The notes under the pieces were generated by a model, which worked only from the letters and a program-made list of their open reading frames with translations, did no database searches and was not told the DNA's origin. Of a stretch of 64,000 nt of DNA, positions 33,166-43,571 are shown piece by piece (positions within the stretch are counted from its first letter, which is position 1; every line of letters begins with the position of its first letter). The stretch comes from an uncultured Pelagibacteraceae bacterium. GTDB lineage: Bacteria > Pseudomonadota > Alphaproteobacteria > Pelagibacterales > Pelagibacteraceae. The DNA lies in NCBI GenBank assembly GCA_902635975.1, contig CACPQC010000001.1, forward strand, positions 18,780-82,779, written 5' to 3'. The position numbers and the translations under genes are program-made.

Positions 33166-36100
33166 TAGTTTAGTTCCACATTTAATGCTAGTGATTTTAT
33201 CTCTTTTACTAGAACGTTAAATGATTCAGGTATTCCTGACTCAAAATTCTCCTCACCTTTAACAATTGTCTCATAAACTTTTACTCTTCCTGCAACGTCA
33301 TCAGATTTTACTGTTAAAATCTCTTGTAATGTATATGATGCGCCATAAGCTTCGAGAGCCCATACTTCCATTTCTCCAAATCTTTGTCCTCCCAACTGTG
33401 CTTTCCCACCTAAAGGTTGTTGAGTGACTAAACTATATGGACCAGTGGATCTAGCATGTATCTTGTCTTCAACGAGGTGATGTAATTTTAACATATAAAT
33501 TATTCCAACTGTAACTGGCCGATCAAATTCTTCTCCTGTCCTTCCATCCCAAAGATATGTCTGACCTGAGCCTGGAAGATTTGCTAATTCCAGCATTTCA
33601 GTCACGTTTTTTTCTTTTGCTCCATCAAAAACGGGTGTTGATATCGCTACACCATTTTGAAGATTTTCACATAAATCCTTAAATTCTGTCTTACTTAACT
33701 TATCTACCTTCTCGTTAAAAATTTCTTCACCATAAACAGATTTTAGGAATTTTGAAATTTTTTCAGTTTTTTCTATTTTTTTCTGATTTTCATTTACTAA
33801 TCTTTTTATTTCTTCACCAAATTCTTTACAAGCCCACCCTAAGTGTGTTTCTAAAATTTGACCAACATTCATCCTACTTGGGACACCAAGAGGATTAAGC
33901 ACTATATCTACAGGTCTACCATCTTCTCTATAGGGCATATCTTCTACTGGAACTATTTTACTGACTACACCCTTATTACCATGTCTGCCTGACATTTTAT
34001 CACCTGGTCTTAATCTTCTTTTAATTGCAACAAAAACTTTTACCATTTTCATTACACTTGGAAGTAGATCGTCTCCACTTCTAATCTTTAAAACCTTATC
34101 CTCAAATCTTTCGGTTATATCCTGATTTGCTTGAGTATACTGTTCTTTTAATTGCGCTAGCGTTGCCTCATGATTTGTATTTCCATTGGTTATCTTAAAA
34201 ATATCATTTATTCCTATTTTATTAATTACATCTAAATTTAGTTCTGTTCCTTGATCTAAATCTTTTAATTTTTTACTTAGTTTAGAACCAGATAAAATTT
34301 GTGATGCTCGCTGCTTTATACTTCTTTCCAAAATTTCCTCCTCAACAATTTTATCTTGTTGTACTTGATCTATCTCAGCTCTTTCTATTGTTATTGATCT
34401 TTCGTCTTTTTCAATCCCATGTCTATTAAACACTCTTACATCTACGACCGTTCCACTGCTTCCTCTTGACATTCTTAGAGATGTATCAGTAACATCTATC
34501 GCCTTTTCTCCAAAAATAGATCTTAAAAGTTTTTCTTCAGGTCCAGATGCGGAGTCTCCTTTTGGAGTCACTTTTCCAACTAGTATATCACCTGCGTTAA
34601 CCTCTGCTCCGATGTAAACAACACCTGATTCATCAAGATTTTTCAGCGCTTCCTCATTTACGTTTGGTATATCTCTCGTAATTTCCTCTTCTCCTAGTTT
34701 TGTGTCTCTAGCCATAATTTCGTATTCAACTATATGTACAGAGGTAAAAACATCATCAGTTACACATCTTTCAGAGATTAGAATAGAGTCTTCAAAGTTG
34801 TATCCTTGCCATGGCATAAACGCTACAGTAACGTTTTTACCTAAAGCTAACTCACCTAGTTTCGTTGATGGTCCATCAGCTATTATGTCGCCAACTTTAA
34901 CTTTATCACCCACTCTGACTAAAGGTCTTTGGTTAATGCATGTATTTTGGTTTGACCTTTTAAATTTTTGCAGATTGTAAATATCAACACCTGATTTACT
35001 AAAATCTGTTTCTTCAGTTGCCTTAATTACAATTCTTTTACCATCAATTTTATCTACAACACCTTCTCTTTTTGCAACTATTGTTACACCAGAGTCCAAA
35101 GCAACATCGCTCTCAATCCCTGTGCCAACTAATGGTGACTCTGGTTTTAATAAAGGTACAGCTTGTCTCATCATGTTAGAACCCATCAAAGCCCTGTTAG
35201 CGTCATCGTTTTCTAAAAACGGTATTAATGAAGCTGCTACTGAAACCAATTGTTTTGGAGAAACGTCTATGTAATCAATAGTTTCAGGTTTAGACAACAA
35301 AAAATTTAAATTTTGACGGCAAGAAACAAGTTCCTCTACTATTTTCCCATTTTTATCTAGTTTTGTATTTGCTTGAGCAATAGTATATTTTGTTTCTTCC
35401 ATTGCTGATAAATATTCTACCTTATTTTGGACTACCCCATCTTTTACTCTTTTGTAAGGGCTTTCAATAAATCCATACTTATTAATCTTTGCATAAGTAG
35501 ATAGACTATTTATTAATCCAATGTTTGGACCTTCAGGAGTTTCTATTGGGCAAATTCTTCCATAATGAGTTGGATGAACGTCTCTTACTTCAAAACCAGC
35601 TCTTTCTCTAGTTAGTCCACCAGGACCTAAGGCAGAAACTCTTCTTTTATGAGTAATTTCAGATAACGGATTAGTTTGGTCCATAAATTGAGACAATTGT
35701 GAACTTGCAAAGAAATCTTTTAAAGAAACTGTTAAAGGTTTTGCATTTATCAAATCTTGTGGCATAGCTGACTCCACATCTAAAGTTGTCATCTTCTCTT
35801 TAATTGCTCTTTCCATTCTGTACACACCAATTCTCGCTTGATTTTCTACAAGTTCACCCACAGATCTCACTCTTCGATTACCTAAATGATCAATATCATC
35901 CACCTCATCTTTACCATCTCTAAGATCTAACATTTTATGGATTATTGAGATAATATCATCGTTTCTAAGAATTGTGATTTTATCTGAACACTCTAAATTC
36001 AATCTTGAATTCATTTTGACTCGTCCAACATCTGAAAGGTCGTATCTATCTGAGCTAAAGAATAAATTATTAAAAATCTGTGTTGCAATCTCGATAGTTG

Positions 36101-37253
36101 GTGGTTCACCTGGTCTTAACATTTTGTAAATTTCTGTGATAGCTTCATCCTTATTATTGTTCTTGTCATTCAAAATTGTATTTAATAAATAAGGACCTTT
36201 ATTAATAGAATTTGTTGTAGAAATTTTAATTGTATTTATTTTTGCATCCAAAATCTTTTGGATTATTGTATCATTAATTTCTGTACCTATCTTAAATACT
36301 CCATCCTCTTCATCGCCAACTTTTAAGTCATCATGTAAAAACTTACCTAACAAAGAATCTGAAGTGACTAATATATCTTTTAAGCCGTCATTAGCTAATT
36401 TCTTAGCCTTTAGAAAATCAATTTTGTCACCAGTATTAATTATAATCTTACCAGTTTTTGCATCCACAACTTCTTCAGAAAAATTTTTTGCTTTATAGTT
36501 ATCTGGATTAAATTTAGTTTTCCACTTTCCACTATTGTTATCAAAGGTATAATTTTCACTATCGTAAAATTCGTTTGCGATTTCTGATTTTTTATAACCA
36601 AGAGCTAACAATAATGTAGATGCTAAAATTTTCTTTTTTCTATCTATTTTGAAATACAAAAGGTCTTTTACATCAAATTCAAAATCAAGCCACGAGCCTC
36701 GATTGGGTATTACTCTACAATTAAATAAAAGTTTTCCACTTGCGTGTGTTTTGCCTTTATCATGATCAAAGAAAACACCTGGGCTTCTATGCATTTGGTT
36801 AACCACAACTCTTTGAACACCATTGGTAATAAACGTTCCACTGTTAGTCATCATTGGAACATCACCCATATAAACTTCTTGTTCTTTTGCAGATAAAATA
36901 TCTTTAGTATTATTTTCTTGATCTATTTCATAAACTACTAATCTTAAAGTACATTTCAAAGCTGAGGAGTAAGTTAAACCTCTTGCTATGCATTCCTCCA
37001 CATCAAATTTTGGTTTTTCTAATCTATAAGAAACATATTCTAGAGTAGCTTTGTCATTTAAATCTTCTATGGGAAAAATACTCTTAAAAACTCTATCAAA
37101 ACCTTTAGTTAAGTTATCTTTTTGAATATTAATTTCAGTAAGCTCTTTATATGAGTTTTTTTGAACTTCAATCAAATTTGGTATTGAAAGTCCCTCTTTT
37201 AATTTACCAAAACTTTTTCTAATATTTTTCTTTTCAGTAAAAGATAATTGCAT
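33165..37253 (-). CDS. rpoB: RNA polymerase beta subunit
   Basis: [21 protein letters not shown]. Confidence 0.99.
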   Translation of the reverse strand: MQLSFTEKKNIRKSFGKLKEGLSIPNLIEVQKNSYKELTEINIQKDNLTKGFDRVFKSIFPIEDLNDKATLEYVSYRLEKPKFDVEECIARGLTYSSALKCTLRLVVYEIDQENNTKDILSAKEQEVYMGDVPMMTNSGTFITNGVQRVVVNQMHRSPGVFFDHDKGKTHASGKLLFNCRVIPNRGSWLDFEFDVKDLLYFKIDRKKKILASTLLLALGYKKSEIANEFYDSENYTFDNNSGKWKTKFNPDNYKAKNFSEEVVDAKTGKIIINTGDKIDFLKAKKLANDGLKDILVTSDSLLGKFLHDDLKVGDEEDGVFKIGTEINDTIIQKILDAKINTIKISTTNSINKGPYLLNTILNDKNNNKDEAITEIYKMLRPGEPPTIEIATQIFNNLFFSSDRYDLSDVGRVKMNSRLNLECSDKITILRNDDIISIIHKMLDLRDGKDEVDDIDHLGNRRVRSVGELVENQARIGVYRMERAIKEKMTTLDVESAMPQDLINAKPLTVSLKDFFASSQLSQFMDQTNPLSEITHKRRVSALGPGGLTRERAGFEVRDVHPTHYGRICPIETPEGPNIGLINSLSTYAKINKYGFIESPYKRVKDGVVQNKVEYLSAMEETKYTIAQANTKLDKNGKIVEELVSCRQNLNFLLSKPETIDYIDVSPKQLVSVAASLIPFLENDDANRALMGSNMMRQAVPLLKPESPLVGTGIESDVALDSGVTIVAKREGVVDKIDGKRIVIKATEETDFSKSGVDIYNLQKFKRSNQNTCINQRPLVRVGDKVKVGDIIADGPSTKLGELALGKNVTVAFMPWQGYNFEDSILISERCVTDDVFTSVHIVEYEIMARDTKLGEEEITRDIPNVNEEALKNLDESGVVYIGAEVNAGDILVGKVTPKGDSASGPEEKLLRSIFGEKAIDVTDTSLRMSRGSSGTVVDVRVFNRHGIEKDERSITIERAEIDQVQQDKIVEEEILERSIKQRASQILSGSKLSKKLKDLDQGTELNLDVINKIGINDIFKITNGNTNHEATLAQLKEQYTQANQDITERFEDKVLKIRSGDDLLPSVMKMVKVFVAIKRRLRPGDKMSGRHGNKGVVSKIVPVEDMPYREDGRPVDIVLNPLGVPSRMNVGQILETHLGWACKEFGEEIKRLVNENQKKIEKTEKISKFLKSVYGEEIFNEKVDKLSKTEFKDLCENLQNGVAISTPVFDGAKEKNVTEMLELANLPGSGQTYLWDGRTGEEFDRPVTVGIIYMLKLHHLVEDKIHARSTGPYSLVTQQPLGGKAQLGGQRFGEMEVWALEAYGASYTLQEILTVKSDDVAGRVKVYETIVKGEENFESGIPESFNVLVKEIKSLALNVELN

Positions 37254-37308
37254 CAATTTCCAATAGCGCTGAACACTAAAACCAACGCTTAATTAATTCC
37301 TTGTTTAT

Positions 37309-37674
37309 TTACTTAAGTTCTACTTTTGCGCCAGCAGCTTCTAGCTTAGCCTTAATTTCCTCAGCTTCTTTTTTTGGTACTCCCGCTTTAACTTCTTTAG
37401 GAGCTCCTTCCACTAAGTCTTTTGCTTCTTTTAATCCAAGAGAAGTAGCCGCTCTTACTTCTTTAATCACATTAATTTTTTTATCCCCTGCAGATACAAG
37501 TATGATTGAAAAATCATCCTTATCCTCAGCTACTGCTGCACCACCTGCTGCTGCTGGAGCTGCTGCTGCCATAGGGGTTACTCCCCATTTTTCTTCTAGT
37601 TGTTTTGATAAATCTGCTGCTTCTGCAACAGTTAATTTTGATAAGTCTTCAATAATTTTATTTAAATCAGGCAT
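37309..37674 (-). CDS. rplL: 50S ribosomal protein L7/L12
   Basis: Ala-rich hinge, [11 protein letters not shown]. Confidence 0.99.
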   Translation of the reverse strand: MPDLNKIIEDLSKLTVAEAADLSKQLEEKWGVTPMAAAAPAAAGGAAVAEDKDDFSIILVSAGDKKINVIKEVRAATSLGLKEAKDLVEGAPKEVKAGVPKKEAEEIKAKLEAAGAKVELK

Positions 37675-37677
37675 AAT

Positions 37678-38199
37678 CTACTCTTTAGGTTTTGTTTCAG
37701 AATTTTCTGCAGGTAAACTACTCATTTTTTCCGATCGTGCAAGTAAAATACTCACTAATTTTGACGCTGAAGCATTAAGAATACCAATAATTTTTGCTCT
37801 AGCCTCATCCAGGGTTGGTAAATTTGCTACATTTTGAACACCAGCCTGATCTAAAATTTCATTATTCATAATTCCAGCAATCAGCTTCAAATTTTCATTA
37901 TCTTTAGCAAATTTAGAAAGTATTCTGGCTGACATTATTGCATCTTCTCCAAACGCAACAGCTGTAGGACCATTAAAATACTTGGACAAATCCTTGCACT
38001 TAGTTTTTTCTAAAGCCAATTTAGTAATTCTATTTTTTGTAATCTTAAAAATGATACCATGCTCTCTCATCTTAGATCTTAATTCATCTAATTGCGGCAT
38101 AGTAAGACCTTGATAGTGCGTAACCATAACAGCTTTACTATTTTCGAACTGTTTAGTCATTTCACTAATATAATTTTGTTTTTGTTCTTTATTCATCAT
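37678..38199 (-). CDS. rplJ: 50S ribosomal protein L10
   Basis: YQGLT, KNRITKLA, GPTAVAF. Confidence 0.97.
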   Translation of the reverse strand: MMNKEQKQNYISEMTKQFENSKAVMVTHYQGLTMPQLDELRSKMREHGIIFKITKNRITKLALEKTKCKDLSKYFNGPTAVAFGEDAIMSARILSKFAKDNENLKLIAGIMNNEILDQAGVQNVANLPTLDEARAKIIGILNASASKLVSILLARSEKMSSLPAENSETKPKE

Positions 38200-38201
38200 A
38201 A

Positions 38202-38891
38202 TTAAATATTTTTTTCTAGTTTAAGTTTATAAGAAACTCCCATAGTAGATGTAATAAAAGCAGATTTGATTAAATCGCCTTTAAGTATGTTACTTGACTT
38301 TTCTTTTTCTAAACTATCTAAAATAGCTTCAAAATTTTTAATTAACACATCATCATTAAAAGATTTTTTTCCGATACTTACACCAATATTTCCATCTTTA
38401 TCATTTCTAATTTCAGCTTGACCCGATTTGGCATCTGATACTGCTTTTTTTAATTCATTTGTGACTGATCCAAGTTTTGGATTTGGCATTAAGCCTTTTG
38501 GTCCTAACACCTTTCCGAGTTTTGATAATTTTATCATCATACTAGGAGTACAAATCAATTTTTCAAAATTCATTTCACCTCCTTTTATCTTTTCGATTAA
38601 ATCATCTCCTCCTACAAGATCAGCTCCCGAGCTTTTTGCCTCTGATGCTTTGGTATCCTCACAAACAACAGCCACTTTTACTTTTTTTCCTGTTCCACCC
38701 GGAAGATTAACAACTGTTCTTATGTTAATTTCACCTTTTTTTTGTTTGTTATTAATCTGAAAATTTAAGTCAACTGACTCATCAAATTTTGTAGTACAGT
38801 TTTTTTTAATTATAGGAAGTAATTTTTTAATAGTTTCAGAACTCAAATCTTTTGTTTTTTCTGGAAGTTTTTTGTATCTTTTTGATTTCAT
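38202..38891 (-). CDS. rplA: 50S ribosomal protein L1
   Basis: KFDESVD, LGPKGLMPNPK. Confidence 0.99.
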   Translation of the reverse strand: MKSKRYKKLPEKTKDLSSETIKKLLPIIKKNCTTKFDESVDLNFQINNKQKKGEINIRTVVNLPGGTGKKVKVAVVCEDTKASEAKSSGADLVGGDDLIEKIKGGEMNFEKLICTPSMMIKLSKLGKVLGPKGLMPNPKLGSVTNELKKAVSDAKSGQAEIRNDKDGNIGVSIGKKSFNDDVLIKNFEAILDSLEKEKSSNILKGDLIKSAFITSTMGVSYKLKLEKNI

Positions 38892-39322
38892 TATTCTTTA
38901 ACCTCAATACCCATTGATCTAGCTGAGCCAGAAATTATTTTTACCGCTTGCTCAAGGTCCAGTGCGTTTAAATCTTTCATTTTTTGTTTAGCTATCTCCT
39001 CAGCTTGTTTTCTTGTAATTGAAGCAACTATATTTCTTCCCGGTTCTTGAGATCCACCTTTTAATTTAGCAGCTTCTTTAATATAATAAGATGCAGGGGG
39101 AGATTTAATTTTAAAATCAAATTTCTTGTCTTTGTAAACTGTAATCTCAACAGGAACAGGTTTGCCTGCTAAAGATTTTGTTTTATCATTAAAAGCTTTG
39201 CAAAATTCCATAATGTTTACACCTCTTTGACCTAAAGCTGGGCCAACAGGCGGAGCTGGATTTGCTTGTCCACCCTTAATTTGTAATTTTATAAAACCAC
39301 TTATTTCTTTTTTTGCTGCCAT
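38891..39322 (-). CDS. rplK: 50S ribosomal protein L11
   Basis: [13 protein letters not shown]. Confidence 0.99.
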   Translation of the reverse strand: MAAKKEISGFIKLQIKGGQANPAPPVGPALGQRGVNIMEFCKAFNDKTKSLAGKPVPVEITVYKDKKFDFKIKSPPASYYIKEAAKLKGGSQEPGRNIVASITRKQAEEIAKQKMKDLNALDLEQAVKIISGSARSMGIEVKE

Positions 39323-39853
39323 TTAACTTACTTTCTCTACTTGGTTATATTCCAGATCAACAGGCGTTGGGCGACCAAATATTGAAACTGAAACTTTCAG
39401 TCTAGATTTCTCCTCATCAATACCTTCTACCATTCCACTAAATGATGCGAATGGACCATCAACGACCTGAACTTTTTCGCCAACATTGTACTCTATACCA
39501 GATTTTGGCTGAGCAACACCATCTTTAATTTGACCTAAAATTTTCTCTATTTCTTTATCTGAGACCGGTACGGGCATACCTTTAGTTCCTAAGAAACCAC
39601 TAACTCTTTTAAGTTTTTTAATCATGTGATAAATATCATTATTCATTTCACTTTTTATTAAAACATATCCAGGAAAATACTTTTTTTTTCTTTGAACTCT
39701 TTTACCTCTTTTTACTTCTGTCACGTCGTGTGTAGGTACTATAATTTCCTCAAATTTCTCTGCTATCTTTGCTTTTTCAGCCTCTTCTTTAATAAGTCCT
39801 GCAACTTTATTTTCAAAACTTGAATGAGACTGAACAATGTACCAGTTTTTCAT
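39323..39853 (-). CDS. nusG: Transcription factor NusG
   Basis: FPGYVL, KOW motif DGPFASF, IFGRPTPV. Confidence 0.99.
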   Translation of the reverse strand: MKNWYIVQSHSSFENKVAGLIKEEAEKAKIAEKFEEIIVPTHDVTEVKRGKRVQRKKKYFPGYVLIKSEMNNDIYHMIKKLKRVSGFLGTKGMPVPVSDKEIEKILGQIKDGVAQPKSGIEYNVGEKVQVVDGPFASFSGMVEGIDEEKSRLKVSVSIFGRPTPVDLEYNQVEKVS

Positions 39854-40044
39854 TACAAACTCACTTTCAAAAGTATTTCTAAAAAAAATTTTAATACCTG
39901 ATCAATCAATAAAAAAAATAAGGACATAGCAAGAGCCATTAAAAAAACCATTATAGCACCTTGGAGTGTTTCCTTTCCTGTAGGCCATGAAACTTTAAAA
40001 GCTTCTTGTTTTACTTCTTGAATAAACTTAATTGGGTTTTTCAT
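39853..40044 (-). CDS. secE: Preprotein translocase SecE
   Basis: EVKQE..KVSWPT plus one TM helix. Confidence 0.96.
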   Translation of the reverse strand: MKNPIKFIQEVKQEAFKVSWPTGKETLQGAIMVFLMALAMSLFFLLIDQVLKFFLEILLKVSL

Positions 40045-40060
40045 ATTTATCTTACTCTAT

Positions 40061-40136
40061 TGGCAGGAGCGGAGGGACTCGAACCCTCAGCCTCCGGTTT
40101 TGGAGACCGGCGCTCTACCAATTGAGCTACACTCCT
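40061..40136 (-). tRNA. tRNA-Trp(CCA)
   Basis: 76-nt cloverleaf, anticodon loop CTCCAAA, encoded CCA. Confidence 0.97.
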
Positions 40137-40145
40137 ATATAGAGT

Positions 40146-41336
40146 TTACTCTATAATTTTAGTTACTACTCCTGCTCCAACGGTTCTACCACCCTCACGA
40201 ATTGCAAAGTTCAATTTCTCTGACATCGCTATAGGGGTAATTAATTTTACTGTAAATTTAGCATCATCTCCAGGCATAACCATTTCTGTACCAGCAGGAA
40301 GCTCTACTTCACCTGTTACATCTGTAGTTCTAAAGTAGAACTGCGGTCTATATTTTGTGAAGAATGGTGTGTGTCTTCCACCCTCTTCTTTTTTTAATAC
40401 ATAAGCCTGAGCTTCAAATTTAGTGTGTGGTGTTACAGACCCTGGTTTACAGAGAACTTGACCTCTTTCTATATCAGTTCTTTCAACACCTCTTAAAAGA
40501 ACACCAACATTATCTCCAGCCTCACCTGAGTCTAAAAGTTTTCTAAACATTTCTACACCTGTACAAACTGATTTTTTAGTCTCTCTAATTCCAACAATTT
40601 CAAGTTCATCTCCAGTTTTTAAAACACCAGACTCAACTCTTCCAGTTGCAACTGTTCCTCTTCCAGAAATTGAAAAAACATCTTCTACGGGCATTAAGAA
40701 ATCTTTATCTTTTGGTCTGTCAGGTTGAGGTATAAATTCATCAACGTTTTTCATAAGTTCTAAAATTGAATTCTTTCCAATCTCATCATCTCTCCCTTCT
40801 ACTGCAGCAAGAGCTGAACCTTTAGCGATCGGAGTTTTGTCTCCAGGGAATTTATAAGAAGTTAGTAATTCTTTAATTTCTTCTTCAACAAGGTCTATCA
40901 TTTCTTTATCATCTACTTGATCTACTTTATTTAAATAAACACAAATTGCTGGAACGCCTACTTGTCTTGCAAGAAGAATATGTTCTCTTGTTTGTGGCAT
41001 AGGTCCATCAGCAGCGTTAACAACTAAGATTGCACCATCCATTTGAGCAGCACCCGTAATCATATTTTTTACATAGTCTGCGTGACCTGGACAGTCTACG
41101 TGTGCGTAGTGCCTTTTTTCTGTCTCGTATTCAACGTGTGCAGTTGAAATTGTTATACCCCTCTCTTTTTCCTCCGGAGCTTTATCAATTTGATCATACG
41201 CAACTGCTTGGGCACCTCCAGTTTCAGACAAAACCTTAGTGATAGCCGCAGTTAAAGTTGTTTTACCATGGTCGACATGACCTATTGTACCGATATTACA
41301 ATGCGGTTTATTTCTAACAAATTTTTCTTTAGACAT
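40146..41336 (-). CDS. tuf: Elongation factor Tu
   Basis: [21 protein letters not shown]. Confidence 0.99.
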   Translation of the reverse strand: MSKEKFVRNKPHCNIGTIGHVDHGKTTLTAAITKVLSETGGAQAVAYDQIDKAPEEKERGITISTAHVEYETEKRHYAHVDCPGHADYVKNMITGAAQMDGAILVVNAADGPMPQTREHILLARQVGVPAICVYLNKVDQVDDKEMIDLVEEEIKELLTSYKFPGDKTPIAKGSALAAVEGRDDEIGKNSILELMKNVDEFIPQPDRPKDKDFLMPVEDVFSISGRGTVATGRVESGVLKTGDELEIVGIRETKKSVCTGVEMFRKLLDSGEAGDNVGVLLRGVERTDIERGQVLCKPGSVTPHTKFEAQAYVLKKEEGGRHTPFFTKYRPQFYFRTTDVTGEVELPAGTEMVMPGDDAKFTVKLITPIAMSEKLNFAIREGGRTVGAGVVTKIIE

Positions 41337-41380
41337 TACTTATATTCCTCACATTTCTTTTTATTTATAATTTTTAATCT

Positions 41381-41454
41381 TGGAGCGGGTAAAGGGAATC
41401 GAACCCTTACATCCAGCTTGGAAGGCTAGCGTTCTACCATTGAACTACACCCGC
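41381..41454 (-). tRNA. tRNA-Gly(TCC)
   Basis: 74-nt cloverleaf, loop CTTCCAA, encoded CCA. Confidence 0.97.
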
Positions 41455-41500
41455 ACAACCCCAAGAGTATCACTCCAGTGTTGTTTAAATTTTTATTGTG

Positions 41501-41586
41501 TGGTGGAGGGGGAAAGATTCGAACTTTCGAAGACCGAAGTCAACGGGTTTACAGCCCGCCCCATTTGACCGCTCTGGAACCCCTCC
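41501..41586 (-). tRNA. tRNA-Tyr(GTA)
   Basis: 86 nt with long variable arm, loop CTGTAAA, encoded CCA. Confidence 0.97.
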
Positions 41587-41634
41587 CTTAGGGGAAGTGT
41601 CCCCTTGTTCAATAAAGCTTCAAACAACATGCGT

Positions 41635-41662
41635 TTTATATATTTTATTTACCTAAATGCAA
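41635..41662 (-). promoter_or_regulatory. Putative promoter of the tRNA-Tyr/Gly-tuf operon
   Basis: TTGCAT-N16-TATAAA on the minus strand. Confidence 0.5.
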
Positions 41663-41716
41663 TATGTGATTTAACAGGAAAATATGAAAAAAAACGTGTA
41701 AAAAGTGGTAAATTTT

Positions 41717-42460
41717 ATGAATAAATCCTCTTTTTTTATAATAGGTCAACATGCAGTAATTGAAGCCCTTAAAAATCCAAAAAGAAAAGTTTTAAGGGTT
41801 TTTTTAACTGAAGAGAGTAAGAAGAATATTCATAGAAATAGTCCAAATTTAAATTTACTTGATGATGTAAAGGTTTATTTTAAAACCAAAAAAGAACTTG
41901 ATAAATATAGTACTAAAGAAAATTTATTACACCAAGGTTATGTAGCTGAAGTAGAACACCTAGAGAGTAAAAGTCTTAAAGATTTTATTAGAGAAAACAA
42001 AAAACTCACTCTTGTATGTTTAGATGGTGTAACTGATCCAAGAAATATTGGAGCTTTAATTAGAAGTGCGGTATCTTTTAATTTAGATGGTGTGATTATA
42101 AAAGAAAGACACTTTCCAAGTGAAAGTAAATTAATGTATAAAGCTGCTAGTGGATCGATGGAGTATATAAATATTTTTACAGTATCTAATATAAATTCGA
42201 CATTAAAAAATCTTAAAGATAAAAATTTTTGGGTTTATGGTTTTGATGGAAAGGGTGAAAAGGATTTTACTGATATTAAATGGGAAGGAAATAATATACT
42301 TTTATTTGGGTCAGAAGATTCAGGAATGCATCAACATACATCAAAATATGCAGATTTTTTGGTTAAAATAAAAATAAATGAAAAGATTGAAAGCCTAAAC
42401 ATATCAAATAGTGCCGCAATTGTATTTCATCATTTGAGTTATCTAAAAAAAAAGAGTTGA
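41717..42460 (+). CDS. rlmB: 23S rRNA (Gm2251) methyltransferase, SpoU/TrmH family
   Basis: DGVTDPRNIGALIRSA, FGSE..G, ESLNIS. Confidence 0.9.
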   Translation: MNKSSFFIIGQHAVIEALKNPKRKVLRVFLTEESKKNIHRNSPNLNLLDDVKVYFKTKKELDKYSTKENLLHQGYVAEVEHLESKSLKDFIRENKKLTLVCLDGVTDPRNIGALIRSAVSFNLDGVIIKERHFPSESKLMYKAASGSMEYINIFTVSNINSTLKNLKDKNFWVYGFDGKGEKDFTDIKWEGNNILLFGSEDSGMHQHTSKYADFLVKIKINEKIESLNISNSAAIVFHHLSYLKKKS

Positions 42461-42493
42461 TTAATTTATAAATAATTAATAATTATTGCGAAA

Positions 42494-42569
42494 GCCCTTG
42501 TAGCTCAGCTGGTAGAGCAATTGATTTGTAATCAATAGGTCCGCGGTTCGAATCCGTGCGGGGGCACCA
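42494..42569 (+). tRNA. tRNA-Thr(TGT)
   Basis: 76-nt cloverleaf, loop TTTGTAA, encoded CCA. Confidence 0.97.
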
Positions 42570-43340
42570 CTAAGATGTCTCTCTTCTTAGTTGCTCAATT
42601 TTGATTTTTTTTTGAAGACTTCTGTTTTTATCGTATAAGAGATTAAATTTTATTTTTTGATTTGTCTTAATAGTAATATTTTTTGCATTTCTCACCTCAA
42701 TATTATCAGCTACTGCACTTATTGGTCTTTTTTTTGGATTTAAATTTTTAATTACTATTTTCGATCTGTCACTAACTATCTTCCCTTTCCATCTTCTTGG
42801 TCTAAAAGCGCTTATCGGTGAAATTGATAATTTTTTTGAATGAAGACTTAATATTGGACCATGAACAGATAGGTTATAAGCAGTGCTCCCTGCAGGAGTA
42901 GACACAAGAACACCATCTGAAACCAATTCTTTTATAATTTGTATAGATCCTTGACTGATCGACAATGAAGCTGCTTGTCTACTTTGTCTTAAAATTGATA
43001 CCTCATTTATTGCAATATGTTTTTTTATATTATTTTTGTAATTTTTAACAACCATTTCTAAAGGTGAAATTGAAACTGTTTTAGATCTAATAAAATTTTT
43101 GAAAAAATTCTTTGATGAAAATTTATTCATTAAAAAACCATAGTTTCCTGAGTTAACTCCATAAAATAATCTTTTAGATTTTTTATTTTTTTTTAATGTT
43201 TGAAGCATAAAGCCATCTCCACCAATCACTATTGTTCTGTTTGTTTTTTTTGGTTTAGCTTTTGAGAGTATTTTTAATAAGGATTTTTTAATCCTTAATG
43301 ATCTTAAATTTTTATCAGAAATAATTTGAAAATTTTTCAT
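42570..43340 (-). CDS. nadK: NAD kinase
   Basis: GGDGFML, NE and DGVLVSTPAGSTAYNLS motifs; start ATG 43340 (the longer ORF runs into tRNA-Leu). Confidence 0.95.
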   Translation of the reverse strand: MKNFQIISDKNLRSLRIKKSLLKILSKAKPKKTNRTIVIGGDGFMLQTLKKNKKSKRLFYGVNSGNYGFLMNKFSSKNFFKNFIRSKTVSISPLEMVVKNYKNNIKKHIAINEVSILRQSRQAASLSISQGSIQIIKELVSDGVLVSTPAGSTAYNLSVHGPILSLHSKKLSISPISAFRPRRWKGKIVSDRSKIVIKNLNPKKRPISAVADNIEVRNAKNITIKTNQKIKFNLLYDKNRSLQKKIKIEQLRRETS

Positions 43341-43345
43341 TTCAG

Positions 43346-43431
43346 TGGTGCCCTCGGCCAGACTCGAACTGGCACTCCGCAAGCGGCAAGGATTTTAAGT
43401 CCTTTGTGTCTACCAATTTCACCACGAGGGC
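43346..43431 (-). tRNA. tRNA-Leu(TAA)
   Basis: 86 nt with long variable arm, loop CTTAAAA, encoded CCA. Confidence 0.96.
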
Positions 43432-43460
43432 ATTAATGAATTTCATGAGTGTTTATGCCA

Positions 43461-43553
43461 ATATTTATAATTGAACAAGATGAATAAGTAAATTTTTTTT
43501 ATTTTATCTCCCTAGGTTCTAGTCTAGTTCTAGTTATCCCATATTATCCTATA
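43461..43553. repeat. Intergenic repeat copy 1 (contains the putative tRNA-Leu promoter TTTACT-N17-TATAAA with upstream A-tract, minus strand)
   Basis: GATGAATAAGTAAA(T)8ATTTTATC at 43479-43508 is shared with copy 2; ATATTTATAATTGAA at 43461-43475 is shared with copy 3. Confidence 0.8.
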
Positions 43554-43571
43554 GAGTTTTGGTTAAATTTA

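Noticed and set aside
37301-37837. 178-aa antisense ORF over rplL/rplJ (and the other antisense or shadow ORFs in the track)
   Set aside because: These are mirror frames of conserved genes caused by codon bias, with no independent coding signal.
41380-41568. 62-aa ORF
   Set aside because: It is the antisense reading of tRNA-Gly and tRNA-Tyr.
41590-41605. Hairpin AGGGGA-AGTG-TCCCCT
   Set aside because: It lies in the tRNA-Tyr 5' leader with no U-tract on the transcribed strand, which is not enough to call a terminator or ncRNA.
43341-43382. N-terminal extension of NAD kinase in the ORF track
   Set aside because: It overlaps tRNA-Leu; the real start is most likely ATG 43340.
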